Source of the DNA: Octopus bimaculoides
Lineage: Eukaryota
Direction of reading: 5' to 3'
Length of the DNA stretch: 33,000 nt
Assembly (NCBI RefSeq): GCF_001194135.2
Contig: NC_068984.1
Location: 31,405,119 to 31,438,118, forward strand
Numbering within the stretch: position 1 is the first letter of the stretch; each line of letters starts with the position of its first letter. Positions 22,851-33,000 of this stretch are shown here, piece after piece. Made by a program: the position numbers and the translations under genes. The notes beneath the pieces are model-generated. The model was not told the origin of the DNA. It did no database searches and was given only the letters and a program-made list of their open reading frames with translations.

Positions 22851-23139
22851 GTAAGTTAAACAAATGTTTCGAACATCTAAACTTATTTCAGTACAAACAG
22901 CAACCATGATGTGTTGTAGTTTGCATTTTGTTAATTGTTTAGGTTTTCACTTGGTGCTTCATGTACTTCTATTCTTCTCAGTTTCATTTTTGGAATTTTC
23001 TATTTTAATAGACAGGAATTTCATTTCCATCAATAGAATACATATTGTGCTATTTTTGACTTCCTTGCTTCTCCTTTGATAATACAATATTCTTCAATAT
23101 TTTTCAGCATTAATTTTTAGAGAAATTCCTTTTCTACAG

Positions 23140-23212
23140 TTTCCAATATAGAATTGAGAGGTTGTAAATATACTTCTTTAAATTGTTCAATTCATATGTA
23201 TCTTTTATTCAG
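23140..23212 (+). CDS. Candidate exon (73 bp, phase 1-2)
   Basis: Acceptor attccttttctacag, donor CAG|GTAAGA. One open frame: SNIELRGCKYTSLNCSIHMYLLF. Confidence 0.2.
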
Positions 23213-23571
23213 GTAAGAAATTTTTGGGCATATTTTTACACCTGCACATTCTTCTGAAGCCGTATTGCCTGCAGATTAATTTGGTTTTCTCATCCAGATA
23301 ATTTCATAATACATGATTATATATATGCATCATTCACACTTCACAAAATTACTTCAGTCATACTTATGCAGAGACCTCCTAAGTGTTCTGCACTAAGAAC
23401 ATGGTACATAATTTTATTCAGTAGCTCAAAAATAAAGTCACTACCTATAGCAAGAAAACACAGCACCACACTCACTACAGAAGATACAAATAAATTCTTT
23501 TTCCTCTCTATGAATGCAAAGCCTATGTCATATCATCATCGTCGTTGTCGTCATCGTCGTCATTGTATAAA

Positions 23572-23784
23572 GTGGTGAGCTGGCAGAATAGTTAGCATGC
23601 TGGACAAAATGCTTAGTGGAATTTTGTCTGTCTTTGCATTCTGAGTTCAAACTCCACCAAGGTTGACTTTGCCTTTCATCCTTTTGGGGTCAATGAATTA
23701 AGTACCAGTGAAACACTGAGGTCGATGTAATCGACTAGTCCCCTCCCCCAAAATTTCAGGCCTTGTGCCTATAGTAGAAAAGAT
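23572..23784 (+). mobile_element. Family B SINE
   Basis: Reverse complement of the 21471 and 25418 copies; flanked by TATAAA at 23566-23571 and 23785-23790. Confidence 0.9.
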
Positions 23785-23807
23785 TATAAATGATAATAAC
23801 TTTTTAG

Positions 23808-23888
23808 GATGATGATACATTTAATATGTTTAACACCACACAACTGGTTGGATCTGAGATGTAAAAATCATCCCAGTTTCCATGTCAG
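23808..23888 (+). CDS. Candidate exon (81 bp, phase 2-2)
   Basis: Acceptor aactttttag, donor CAG|GTGAGA. One open frame: MMIHLICLTPHNWLDLRCKNHPSFHV. Confidence 0.2.
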
Positions 23889-23896
23889 GTGAGACA

Positions 23897-23956
23897 CTAT
23901 CCCTGATGTTATCCCTGATGCTATTTCTGAAGTTATCCCTGATGTTATCCCTGGCA
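23897..23956. repeat. Five 12-bp tandem units, consensus YTATCCCTGATG
   Basis: ctatccctgatg ttatccctgatg ctatttctgaag ttatccctgatg ttatccctggca. Confidence 0.9.
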
Positions 23957-24461
23957 ATATCACAATTTATGTGAAAGATTCAGTAACCGTTATTTTAATC
24001 TCTCTGTTAGTTAAGCAGTCCACATTTAAGTTGTTCTCTCTTTAAAGTGTTTCAATATTATAAATGGTAACAACAAAATTGGTTTACTTAAAACAGAAAA
24101 AATTAATGTCTGAATTTTTGGATATGTACCAATCTTAGCTTTCTTAACTGCACTAATTTGATCATTTGGTTGTACAGCCAACAGAGGGAAACCTGTATGA
24201 TGTGATGTGATGTGAAAAAAAATACAGTTAATAGAATACGTTGATCATCACTGATGAAGATGATTATGAATAAAACTGAGGAAAATATAAAACAATTAAG
24301 TAGATATATGAAGGCTAAATGAGATTGTGATGCTCATAAAAATAATTTAAAAGAGAACTGGGATAGAAACATTCAGAAGATGATTGAAAGTGGCAAAAGG
24401 AATTCTGAGAGGTACAAATATAAATAAATAAATAAATAAATAATAATAATATTATTATTAT

Positions 24462-24818
24462 GTTGTTATTTTTCTTCTTTCTTCAAATTTTCTTCCATTT
24501 CTCGCCGAGTGTTTTCCGTACACCTAGGGCAGAGAAACTCGTTGTATGCATTCCCAGTTTACACACACAAATTCACAGGTAAAACATGTATTTAAGAAAA
24601 AAAAAAAAAAAAAAAAGTTCATGAATGGATGTTGTTTTCACAGCGATAATGCTCTTCTCAGTACATGAGTCGTTCCAGTTAGCACGATTTTTTGCACTTC
24701 CTGTAGGGATGGTAAGCCTGGTATCATTTTCAAATAGGTTTCAGTACCTTTTTTTATCATTCCTAAAGATCCTACAATCACTGGTATGGTAGTCGCCTTG
24801 AGGTGCCACATTTTTTCA

Positions 24819-24820
<2 letters not shown>
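24462..24820 (-). mobile_element. 5'-truncated R4/Dong-like restriction-like-endonuclease LINE end within (TAA)n
   Basis: 24820-24638 reads without stops IEKMWHLKATTIPVIVGSLGMIKKGTETYLKMIPGLPSLQEVQKIVLTGTTHVLRRALSL-stop, the typical R4-clade C-terminus. Then a 3' UTR; TAA-type repeats on both sides. Confidence 0.85.

Positions 24821-24866
<46 letters not shown>
24821..24866. repeat. (TTA)n microsatellite
   Basis: Directly visible. Confidence 0.95.
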
Positions 24867-24868
<2 letters not shown>

Positions 24869-25012
24869 TAATATGAAGTAGATTGACAAATTTATTTTTT
24901 GAACCAATTGAAGACACACAAGATGTCGAAATATTGTTCACTAGATAACAATGGCACTCTTCTTTTAATTTTGACTCTAATAATAATAATAATGATAAGA
25001 AGAAGAAGAATA

Positions 25013-25404
25013 GACCTTAACCAGTTGAGCATGTCCCTTGGTGGTTGACGATATGTGTATCCTTGATTACATGCAGAAGTAGTGGGGGAGCATTATAGCC
25101 ATGTGTTGAAAGGAATTCTTTGGGGTTTGGATAATTCACCTCTGGAAACATGGATGTTTTGTTCAACATCCTTCAACAACCCTTATTCAGAGACCTTTTG
25201 AGCAGGATGGGCTACTTAACCTGAAGGAAATTCTAACTGCAAGGTCATGCGCTGTTAGTCTTGATATGAGATCACCATGGCGTGCACATATGGTTGAGAT
25301 GCATGTGCCTGGTGTACCCTATTCAGATGGCAGTCATGATGGGTATACAGGGCTTTGTATATTTTATCCCAGTGTTACTTTGATTGCATGCACTGCTCTC
25401 TCGC
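25013..25404. mobile_element. Unclassified interspersed repeat flanked by TAA repeats (probable retroelement end)
   Basis: GC-richer 390-bp block between (TAA)n(GAA)n and TAATAATAATAA. Recalled as a common octopus repeat; class uncertain. Confidence 0.5.
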
Positions 25405-25417
25405 TTAATAATAATAA

Positions 25418-25634
25418 AAATCTTTTCTATTCCAGGCACAAGGCCCAAAATTTTGGGGGAGGGAGCCAGTCAATTAGATCGACCCCAGTTTGCAACTGGT
25501 ACTTAATTTATTGACCCCGAATGGATGAAAGGCAAAGTCGACCTCGGTGGAATTTAAACTCAGAAGGTAAAGGCAGACAAAATACCGTGAAGCATTTCAC
25601 CTGGCGTGCTAACATCTCTGCCAGCTCACCACCT
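25418..25634 (-). mobile_element. Family B SINE with 13-bp TSD
   Basis: Matches 21471-21681. TSD TTAAT[A/G]ATAATAA at 25405-25417 and 25635-25647. Confidence 0.9.
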
Positions 25635-26368
25635 TTAATGATAATAACACAGAAGGTAACTGGGAGTTAGATGGAAGGGTGAATTGGATACATTTGACAA
25701 AAGCTGGAAAGTGATCACCCAAAGCTAAAAATAATTGTGTGATAAGGAAAAGGCACTGCTTTCCTAATATTGGGAGGGCAAAGATTTATTTGATTGTTTG
25801 AAATAATATCAGTTTTACATATTTCCTTTTCAATGGATTACTTTCTAACCATAACTATTAATCTAACTACACTGAGAGCTAGGAAGTAAATAGTTTCTAT
25901 ACTAATTTATTTTTCTTAATTCTGATGTCATAAATACATGAAATATAAAGAAGAAATATTTCCTTTTTGTGTTTCACTTGCGAGATCTTTTAGGTAAAAT
26001 TTTATGGAAGTGACTATTGTTGTACTTTGGGAGGCTCATTTTGTCAATAAAAATAGGAAGATAACAACATACACACATAGTTGACAACGTGTAATTGACA
26101 CTTGACAACATCATACATAAAAGAAACGAAACCAGTTGAAACAGCATGATAAAAGAGTTCTTGACAAACTGAATAATAGATATGTGATCAATAAAAAAGT
26201 GAGCTCGAAATAGTGCGTGTGTGTGTGTTTATTGGCAGAATGTATCTTTTCCATTGTACAATATCATGCAAAGAAATATTTATTCAAAATATATTTGGGT
26301 GGCAATAATATTTTGTAAATGACTCATGTTTATACATCTATGTCCAAATGCAAAACTGACAATCTGCT

Positions 26369-26379
26369 CATCATCATCG

Positions 26380-26413
<34 letters not shown>

Positions 26414-26700
26414 TTAACGTCTGTTTCCATGCTGGCATGGGTTGGACAGCTTGATAGGAATTGGCAAGGCCAGAAGCATACCAGGCTCCATTGCCTGTTT
26501 TAGTATGGGTTCTACAGCTGGATGCTCTTCTAAATGCTAGCCACTTTACAAAGTGTACTGGATGTTCTTTTTACATGATACCAGCACCAATGCTATTTAT
26601 GTGGCACCAGCACCAGTACTGTTGGGTCTTGCATTGTAACATCACCAATGGGGTCACCAAACAACTTGCAAAACAAAAACTCCTCAATTGAGAGGGTGAA
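26369..26700 (-). mobile_element. Family C RTE-tailed repeat with long (CAT)n
   Basis: (CAT)n TTTAACGTCTGTTTCCATGCTGGCATGGGTTGGAC...CTACAGCTGGATGCTCTTC shared with 31068-31313. Confidence 0.85.
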
Positions 26701-27329
26701 ATATTATTGACGGTGTGTGGCTGTGTGCTATTTGGAAATGAAAGGTATAGAGGATATATGGATACCCTATTTAGAAAAGAAAGAAGAGTGAATTAGAGAG
26801 TAAAATAAGGAGAGCGATGATGAGAGAGATGATAGTGAAGATGTGTCAGAAAATGCCCATGAGAGACATTGGAATGATGATGAGAATAGGTAAGATAATA
26901 AAGATTTTGGAATGGGTGAGCAGGTAGGATTGAGGTGACTGTAGACAAGACAGAGGTGACTAATGGAGAGAAGTGTAGGAGAGGCCTGAAGGTGGGGATT
27001 GCAGTGAATATGTGAGGACATTGAGGGTAATGGCAGATAAGTGAGGTGTTAATGATAAAGAAAGGCAGAATGGGGAAAAGGCACAGAATGCTAGTGATTG
27101 GTGGAGACAGTAGGTGGGGGGAAGATTATGGGAAATGGAAGTGTTTTGGGATGGGGAAGAAAGGTAACTGAGACAGTCAAGGTATGTAGTATGTGCCTAT
27201 TCTGCTTTCAGTGATGGGTGTTAGAGGATGAAATGTGTGTGGGGGGAAAGGTTGATGGGGCAGAGATGGTGGTGAGGCAGATCCCCGCATGGACAAGCAT
27301 TACAAAGTTGGTTTTAGGATATCAGTTCT

Positions 27330-28370
27330 GCTGTGGTGGTGGGTGGATGGGTCTTCTTGAGTATAGCAACTTATCTCAATCTTTTGCCATCTCCTTCGTA
27401 AGGTTCAGTGTTGTGAGATCAGCCTTAAATACTTTGTCCCATGTCGTTTTGAGTTTCCTTCTTCCACAAATTCCATCCATTTTAAGTATTCGGCACTTCT
27501 TTATCCAACTTTCTTTATCAATACACATCACGTCACCAAACCAGTGCAGTTTTTCTCATGCAAACTGCATCTAATTCCTCATATGCCTAACTCTTTCCAC
27601 AATGCACTAGCACTATCATACATGTGCACTGACAGTGCACATCCAGTGTAGCATACTAGCTTCATACATCTCTAGTCTTCACATTTTCTTTGCATCCTTG
27701 CTCCACATCTCAGTATCATGCATCATTGCTGTTAGTACACATGCATCATACAATCCTCCTTTCACTTGAAGAGAAAGACATTTGGTTGCTAACGGAGGTA
27801 AAAGCTCTCTGATATTTTTTTCATCCTATTCTTATTATAGCAATTAAACTTTTGGTACATCTTCCACAGCTAATTAAGACCCCTAGGTTGCAGAAATCAT
27901 CAACTACCTCTAGAGAGCCTCTGGGGCATTTGAAGAAATCAATTTCCCTTACTAATGGCATTCCTGTAAATGGCCTGTACTGCCATCACAAGCCATTTTT
28001 CTGTCCTTAGCTTCCTCAGTGACTGCCATATCTCAGATCACATTATACTGTCGAAGACTATTTTCAGATCAACAAATGCCAAGTACAACAGCTTATTCTT
28101 AGCAAAATACTTCTCTGGTAGTTGCTGGACTATGGAAATAACATCAGCAGAGCTTCTCCTTGACACAAATCCAAACTACCTTTTATCTGATCTACTTCTG
28201 TTCCTCATTTATTGGGCTATAATTCTCTCCATAGCTTTCATCACCTGGCCCAGCAATTTGGTATCTCTATAATTATTTCTATCTAAAGCATCCTCATTAA
28301 CCTTGTAGCAGATGACTATGATGCTGCTACGCCAGTCACTGGGGATTATGCCTTCCTGAATAACCCAATT
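27330..28370 (-). mobile_element. RTE-clade LINE remnant with internal deletion in the RT
   Basis: IPSDWRSSIIVICYK...DALDRNNYR..KLL.QVMKAMERIIAQ / FGFVSRRSSADVISIVQQLPEKYFAKNK..YLAFVDLKIVFDS / WQSLRKL / LEVVDDFCNLG / C-terminal GRGRP-like segment. Confidence 0.92.
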
Positions 28371-29469
28371 AATTATGTGGGTGACTATAGTGATGTCACC
28401 AATGATGACGATGACAACATCAGTGATGATGATGATTCTTGGTTTTGCAAAAACTGCAAACAACAGCAGCTTGAAAAATAAGACAGTCACAGAAAGAATT
28501 GGATTTACAATACTACTCACATGCAAGAATGCATATTGCAAAGAGGAAAGAGATCTAGTTAAACACATACTATATTGTTCACATAAATCCTATGGTGGAT
28601 TAAAGCCATTACATTCATTTGGTAAACTGTAATAAGAAGATTGTATGAATTGAGCAAATCCCAATTTTTGTGTGTTATGAAAACTTCATGTAAGTTAGTT
28701 TTGATAAAATAACTAAGAATTTAGTAATATGTTTCAAAACGAAAACCAAACACATTCAAGAAAGTTTTTGCATGTAATGATTTCCAATCATATTTAATTA
28801 CTAATTAATCAGGGCTCTATGGGAAAGAAAATGATGTTGAATGCACTGACCAATTTCAAGATGGCTGATACACTGCAAAAACATTTAAAAATGTAGCCTC
28901 ATATTCTATATTGAATTTGTAGAAATTTTATGTGCATCATTAGCATTTGTCTGGACAATTTTATCAATTGATTTATTAATCTATAATAATAGGTTACAAC
29001 TTAACAGAACTTTAGAACAAGTCGGATTGAAGTAGATCCAGTGCATTGAAAATGGGGGTAATTGTTGTTCATATCATTGCAATGAATTGAAGATAATATC
29101 CTAATTTATCCCTCAACTAGCATAATAATTGCTTTAACATCTAATAGATTCTTACTGAATTGGTCAAATGAATTTTAACTATCTGAAATATTATAGTAAT
29201 TATAATAATCTACATACAGCTCATGCTGCAGGACATTACTAAAATTATATTTTAGTACTGGCATCTTGTAATATTGATACTACCAAGTAACATATAAGTA
29301 TTTAATAAACCATAAATAACATAAGCAGCAGGATATTCAGGATATCAGCTGAATTGTTGTTGATAATATCTAGAAAGTTTTAAGAAATCCTGACAGCGAG
29401 CCCATTGTAAATTCTAATAAGTGTTTTTGATGCTACCAGTGAACGTCTAATTATCTTGTACTATAGTTT

Positions 29470-29580
29470 CAATTCAGCACCAGTGCTATTTACATGGCAC
29501 CAGCACTGGCGCATTTTACATGACACCATTGCCATTACTGATGGGGTCACCAAGTATCTTGCAAAATGAAAAAATCACCA
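29470..29580 (-). mobile_element. Family C internal fragment
   Basis: TGGCACCAGCAC...ATGGGGTCACCAA...CTTGCAAAA matches 26600-26670. Confidence 0.65.
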
Positions 29581-29887
29581 AAACACCACATGGTCATGTG
29601 CCCTATATGAGATACTCATGCTATAGATACATGGTTGCCCCAGTTGGAAAAGTAAGGAGAGTGAATGAGAGAGTAACATAATGAGGGAGACAGCAAGAGA
29701 GTATATTATACGTTCAATTATATATATGAATATGTATGCATATATAGATATATGAGAATCTAGTAGTGCTCAAGAGATTTAAACTTTGGCAGGTATAGAA
29801 GTAAATGTAAGGATAAGCAAATTAGACTGATCAATATATAAAGTATATTAAATACATGAAATACAATATATATATATGTGTTTATAT

Positions 29888-30623
29888 AAAGGGGATACAT
29901 ATGATAATATTTATGACCATACCTAGCTATGAGCTGTCAACTCACACTTGTCCTTTATTCAAAATCGGTACAGTTTTCTAGTCTTAGATTTAGAAGTTGA
30001 TAAAGAGATAAATGAATTAGAAATGCATTCTAACCCTATGACTTCACTATGCTCCATGCGATTCTTAGAAGTTGTAGTCTATTCTTAGCTACAATAGTGA
30101 CAACATGAATTTTTTCCCATCTTCTTGCTCTGTTAAAATATTTAAGAAAAATTATACAAATGTGTCCTACTTGTTAAAATTCCACTAATTTATTTGTGCA
30201 GCTGAAGATGAAAATAAGCAACAGGATATCAAGTAGTAATGCAGTACGACCATTTCAAGTGGACCCATTTAATTGAACAATGTATTCTTTACATCAATTT
30301 AAATGTAGTGCCACCTTTAGCTGCACAAATAAATAAATGGAATTTTAACACACATTTGTATAATTTTTCTTAAGTATTCTAACAGAGCAAGAAGATGGAA
30401 AAAATTCATGCTGTTGCTCTTGTAGCTAAGAATAGACTACAACTTCTAAGAATTGCATGGAACATAGTGGAGTAACAGGGTTGTAATTCATTTCTAATTC
30501 ATTTATCTCTTTACCAACTACTAAATCTAAGACTAGAAGACTGTCTATTTGGAATGAAGGACAAGAGTGAGTTGACAGCTCATGGCTAGGTATGGTCATA
30601 AATATTATCATATGTATTCCTTT
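29888..30623. repeat. Long inverted repeat: arms 29888-30207 and 30315-30623, spacer about 107 bp
   Basis: Arms align end to end as reverse complements, roughly 90% identical by hand alignment, with two small indels. Confidence 0.95.
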
Positions 30624-31067
30624 TGCCCAGGAAGGAAATAAGACATTAAGAGTAGGCAGTTAGATAGCATGTATCTCTTTCCAGTTATTCCATATGTAAA
30701 TTCCTTGAGCAGTTTTTATAGAAACCACCTAATAAGTAATTAATTAAATACATGAATGGATATTAAGTTGATTCTAAGTAATCTTCCTTTTTTATGTTTA
30801 TAATGACATATACACACTTTTTACCTATTCTGGTTATGATGTCATTTTTGAAATTCTTAAATTTTATTTTTATACAACATAACAATATGTATTGTTTGCA
30901 TTGTTCAATTAAATGTAGCCACTTGAAACAGTCGTACTGCTTTACTACTTGATATCCTGTTACTCATTTTGATTTTATTCACCTTACTTCGAGCTCTGTG
31001 GGTAATACCAGACTGACTTGGTGCTTCAACCTAAGTACTCAATTCAACTGAATCTCGATTATTTATA

Positions 31068-31313
31068 TCATCATCATCGTTTTACGTCCGTTTTCCATGC
31101 TGGTATGGGTTAGACGGTTCGACTGGGGTCTGGGAAGCCAGGAGGATGCACCAGGCCTCAATCTGATCTGGCAGTGTTTCTACAGCTGGATGCCCTTCCT
31201 AATGCCAACCACTCTGAGAGTGAAGTGGGTGCTTTTTATGTGCCACCAGCACGGAAGCCAGTCAAGACGGCACTGGCATTGGCCACATTCACATGGTGCT
31301 TTTTACATGCCAC
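31068..31313 (-). mobile_element. Family C RTE-tailed repeat
   Basis: (CAT)n CGTTTTACGTCCGTTTTCCATGCTGGTATGGGTTAGACGG...CAGCTGGATGCCCTTCCTAATGCCAACC. Confidence 0.85.
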
Positions 31314-31439
31314 TGTAGTTAGAGAACACCTGATGAACAGTAAAATGTGAAATGAGTACATCATGAGTATATTCAATAGTGAAGATAATAAGATGAGGTC
31401 AGGCAAAGAAATCTCAAGCAAGTACTCCGAGTTTACAAC

Positions 31440-31830
31440 TGCTTTATGTGAATCAAATGCACCACTTAAACAGCGGCTTGGAAGAGAAATACTGATCTTA
31501 CCAGTAGAAAGTTATGCATAGGTATATATCTCGTAAGCAAGTGATTACCAGCGACCTGGACAGGAACAGTAGAATTTCCTGGATCTGGGATAAGTACATC
31601 ATGTCTCTCCTAGAAGGCTACGTCTGCTTTCCAAGAATGGGTGATAGATACTAAATACATGATCTACAAAAGAGATAAGGATACCTCTAAACCTTCATGC
31701 TGAGATAGAAAGTATTAGATGTGCCATACCAGTGAAGAAGATATATCAACAGTAAATGTCCAATATGTCCACATATCACCACCATCCCATGAACCATTAT
31801 ACTGTTGCTAAGAAAGTCTACAATGCTGTG
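31440..31830 (+). mobile_element. Old R4/Dong-like LINE fragment (post-RT, zinc-knuckle region)
   Basis: With frameshifts: KVMHRYISRKQ...DLDRNSRISWIWDKYIMSLLEGYV / AFQEWVIDTKYMIYKRD / MCHTSEEDI / HYTVAKKVYNAV, resembling the R4-clade K.MHG, S..W, EG...A.QEQ.I.T, C..C, HD.VAK motifs. Confidence 0.6.
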
Positions 31831-31854
31831 TAGAGATAAATGAATACAAACAGA

Positions 31855-32030
31855 CACTCACACAAACATGCACACATATACATGCAAGAGGATTCTTTCA
31901 GTTTCCATTTTCCAAATCCACTCACAAGATTTTAATCAACCCAGAGCTACAGGGGAAGATACCTGCTAAATGTTTCATGAAATGGAATTGAACCTGGAAT
32001 CTCATGATAGGAAAATGGACTTCATCATAT
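31855..32030 (-). mobile_element. Family A SINE head/central fragment
   Basis: TCTTTCAGTTTCCATTTTCCAAATCCACTCACAAG...GAATTGAACCTGG matches 22452-22560. Confidence 0.7.
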
Positions 32031-32154
32031 AGTGATAAATAGAAAATAACCGACCAGAGTCTCTACATGAATACTTGTTTGAGGAATAAAGCAGAATTCC
32101 CTTTCTGTGGAATTGTTTGAACAATGAATCACCTGCTAGTTTACTTATTATTAG

Positions 32155-32223
32155 AATCCATTTGTTCTATAAATGACTTAAGACATAATGCAAAGGATGC
32201 TAAGAAAAATGTAAAAAGATGTG
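32155..32223 (+). CDS. Candidate exon (69 bp, phase 1-1)
   Basis: Acceptor ttacttattattag, donor GTG|GTAAGA. Only one frame is open: SICSINDLRHNAKDAKKNVKRC. Confidence 0.2.
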
Positions 32224-33000
32224 GTAAGATTTGATTAAAGCACTAAATAATGATAGATATTGAGAAACAGTAGCCATAGCAAGTAAAGAAAATAATGAAG
32301 AACAAAAGGCCCTAACACATTTTCAAGATATACAAACTACAGTAGCTAAACTCAGGAATGTAAGCTAATTAGTATATTTCACAGTATCCTATTTATAGCT
32401 TGTATTATATTACACTGTGGTTTCTATGCACAGTAAGTATTATGACACTAAAAGTCGAATGTCATGGCAATGAACATAAGGAAATGCTAGTGACACCATA
32501 TACACTGTCAGCTCTTTAGTTAGTTGCCTGACAATCAATTTCCCTAGCCACCTGTGTCTCATTATCATACACCCATCAAAACTCCAATGTTTTAACATAA
32601 TGATTATATTTATTTTACAATATAAAAAAAAAAATGCAGTATTTAATTAAATACCTGTTAGGGGTAAAAAAAATATACAATATTGTATAAGATAGAATGT
32701 GCAAGCATTTGATATCAAATATGTTATCATTTAACAACAAAAAATATAATGGACTTTTTAATGGAGTATAATGCAGCAATCACAAATTTAAAGTTTTATA
32801 TAAAATCACCAGAGAATCTGTGTCATTAAGATCTATAGATATTTCCTTATCAGGTGTTTTAAAATGGCTTTCAATTATTTTAGACAAATTTTTCATGTGA
32901 TAATAAAAGTTAAAGTTTTACTGGAAGTTTTTTCTTCATTTAGGCTATTAATACTATGCTTTCTTTCAGTTGAAATGGGGTGAATGTGCACATTGATAAG

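Noticed and set aside
22860-23330. Stop-interrupted protein-like reading on the minus strand
   Set aside because: No recognisable family; cannot be distinguished from chance.
31330-31365. Hammerhead-like core CTGATGA-ACA(gtaaaa)TGT-GAAA-TGA(gtaca)TCA-T
   Set aside because: The cleavage position is G rather than A/C/U and stem I does not pair. Likely chance.

Overview
AT-rich eukaryotic DNA packed with microsatellites and decayed transposons. The SINE/LINE families look like those I recognise from octopod cephalopods (Octopus); this is recall, not a database search. I found no intact or nameable host gene, no RNA gene and no prokaryote-type system, and most ORFs in the track are microsatellite or chance ORFs. 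Supported content: tRNA-derived SINEs, RTE-clade LINE remnants, two R4/Dong-like LINE fragments, two Tc1/mariner relics and an internally deleted Ty3/gypsy element. The most interesting structures are (1) a nested SINE > mariner > gypsy complex whose right part (about 19.1-20.2 kb) appears inverted between 31-bp inverted repeats, and (2) a roughly 735-bp fold-back at 29.9-30.6 kb whose loop has its own inverted copy downstream. Several phase-compatible candidate exons occur on both strands but are low confidence.
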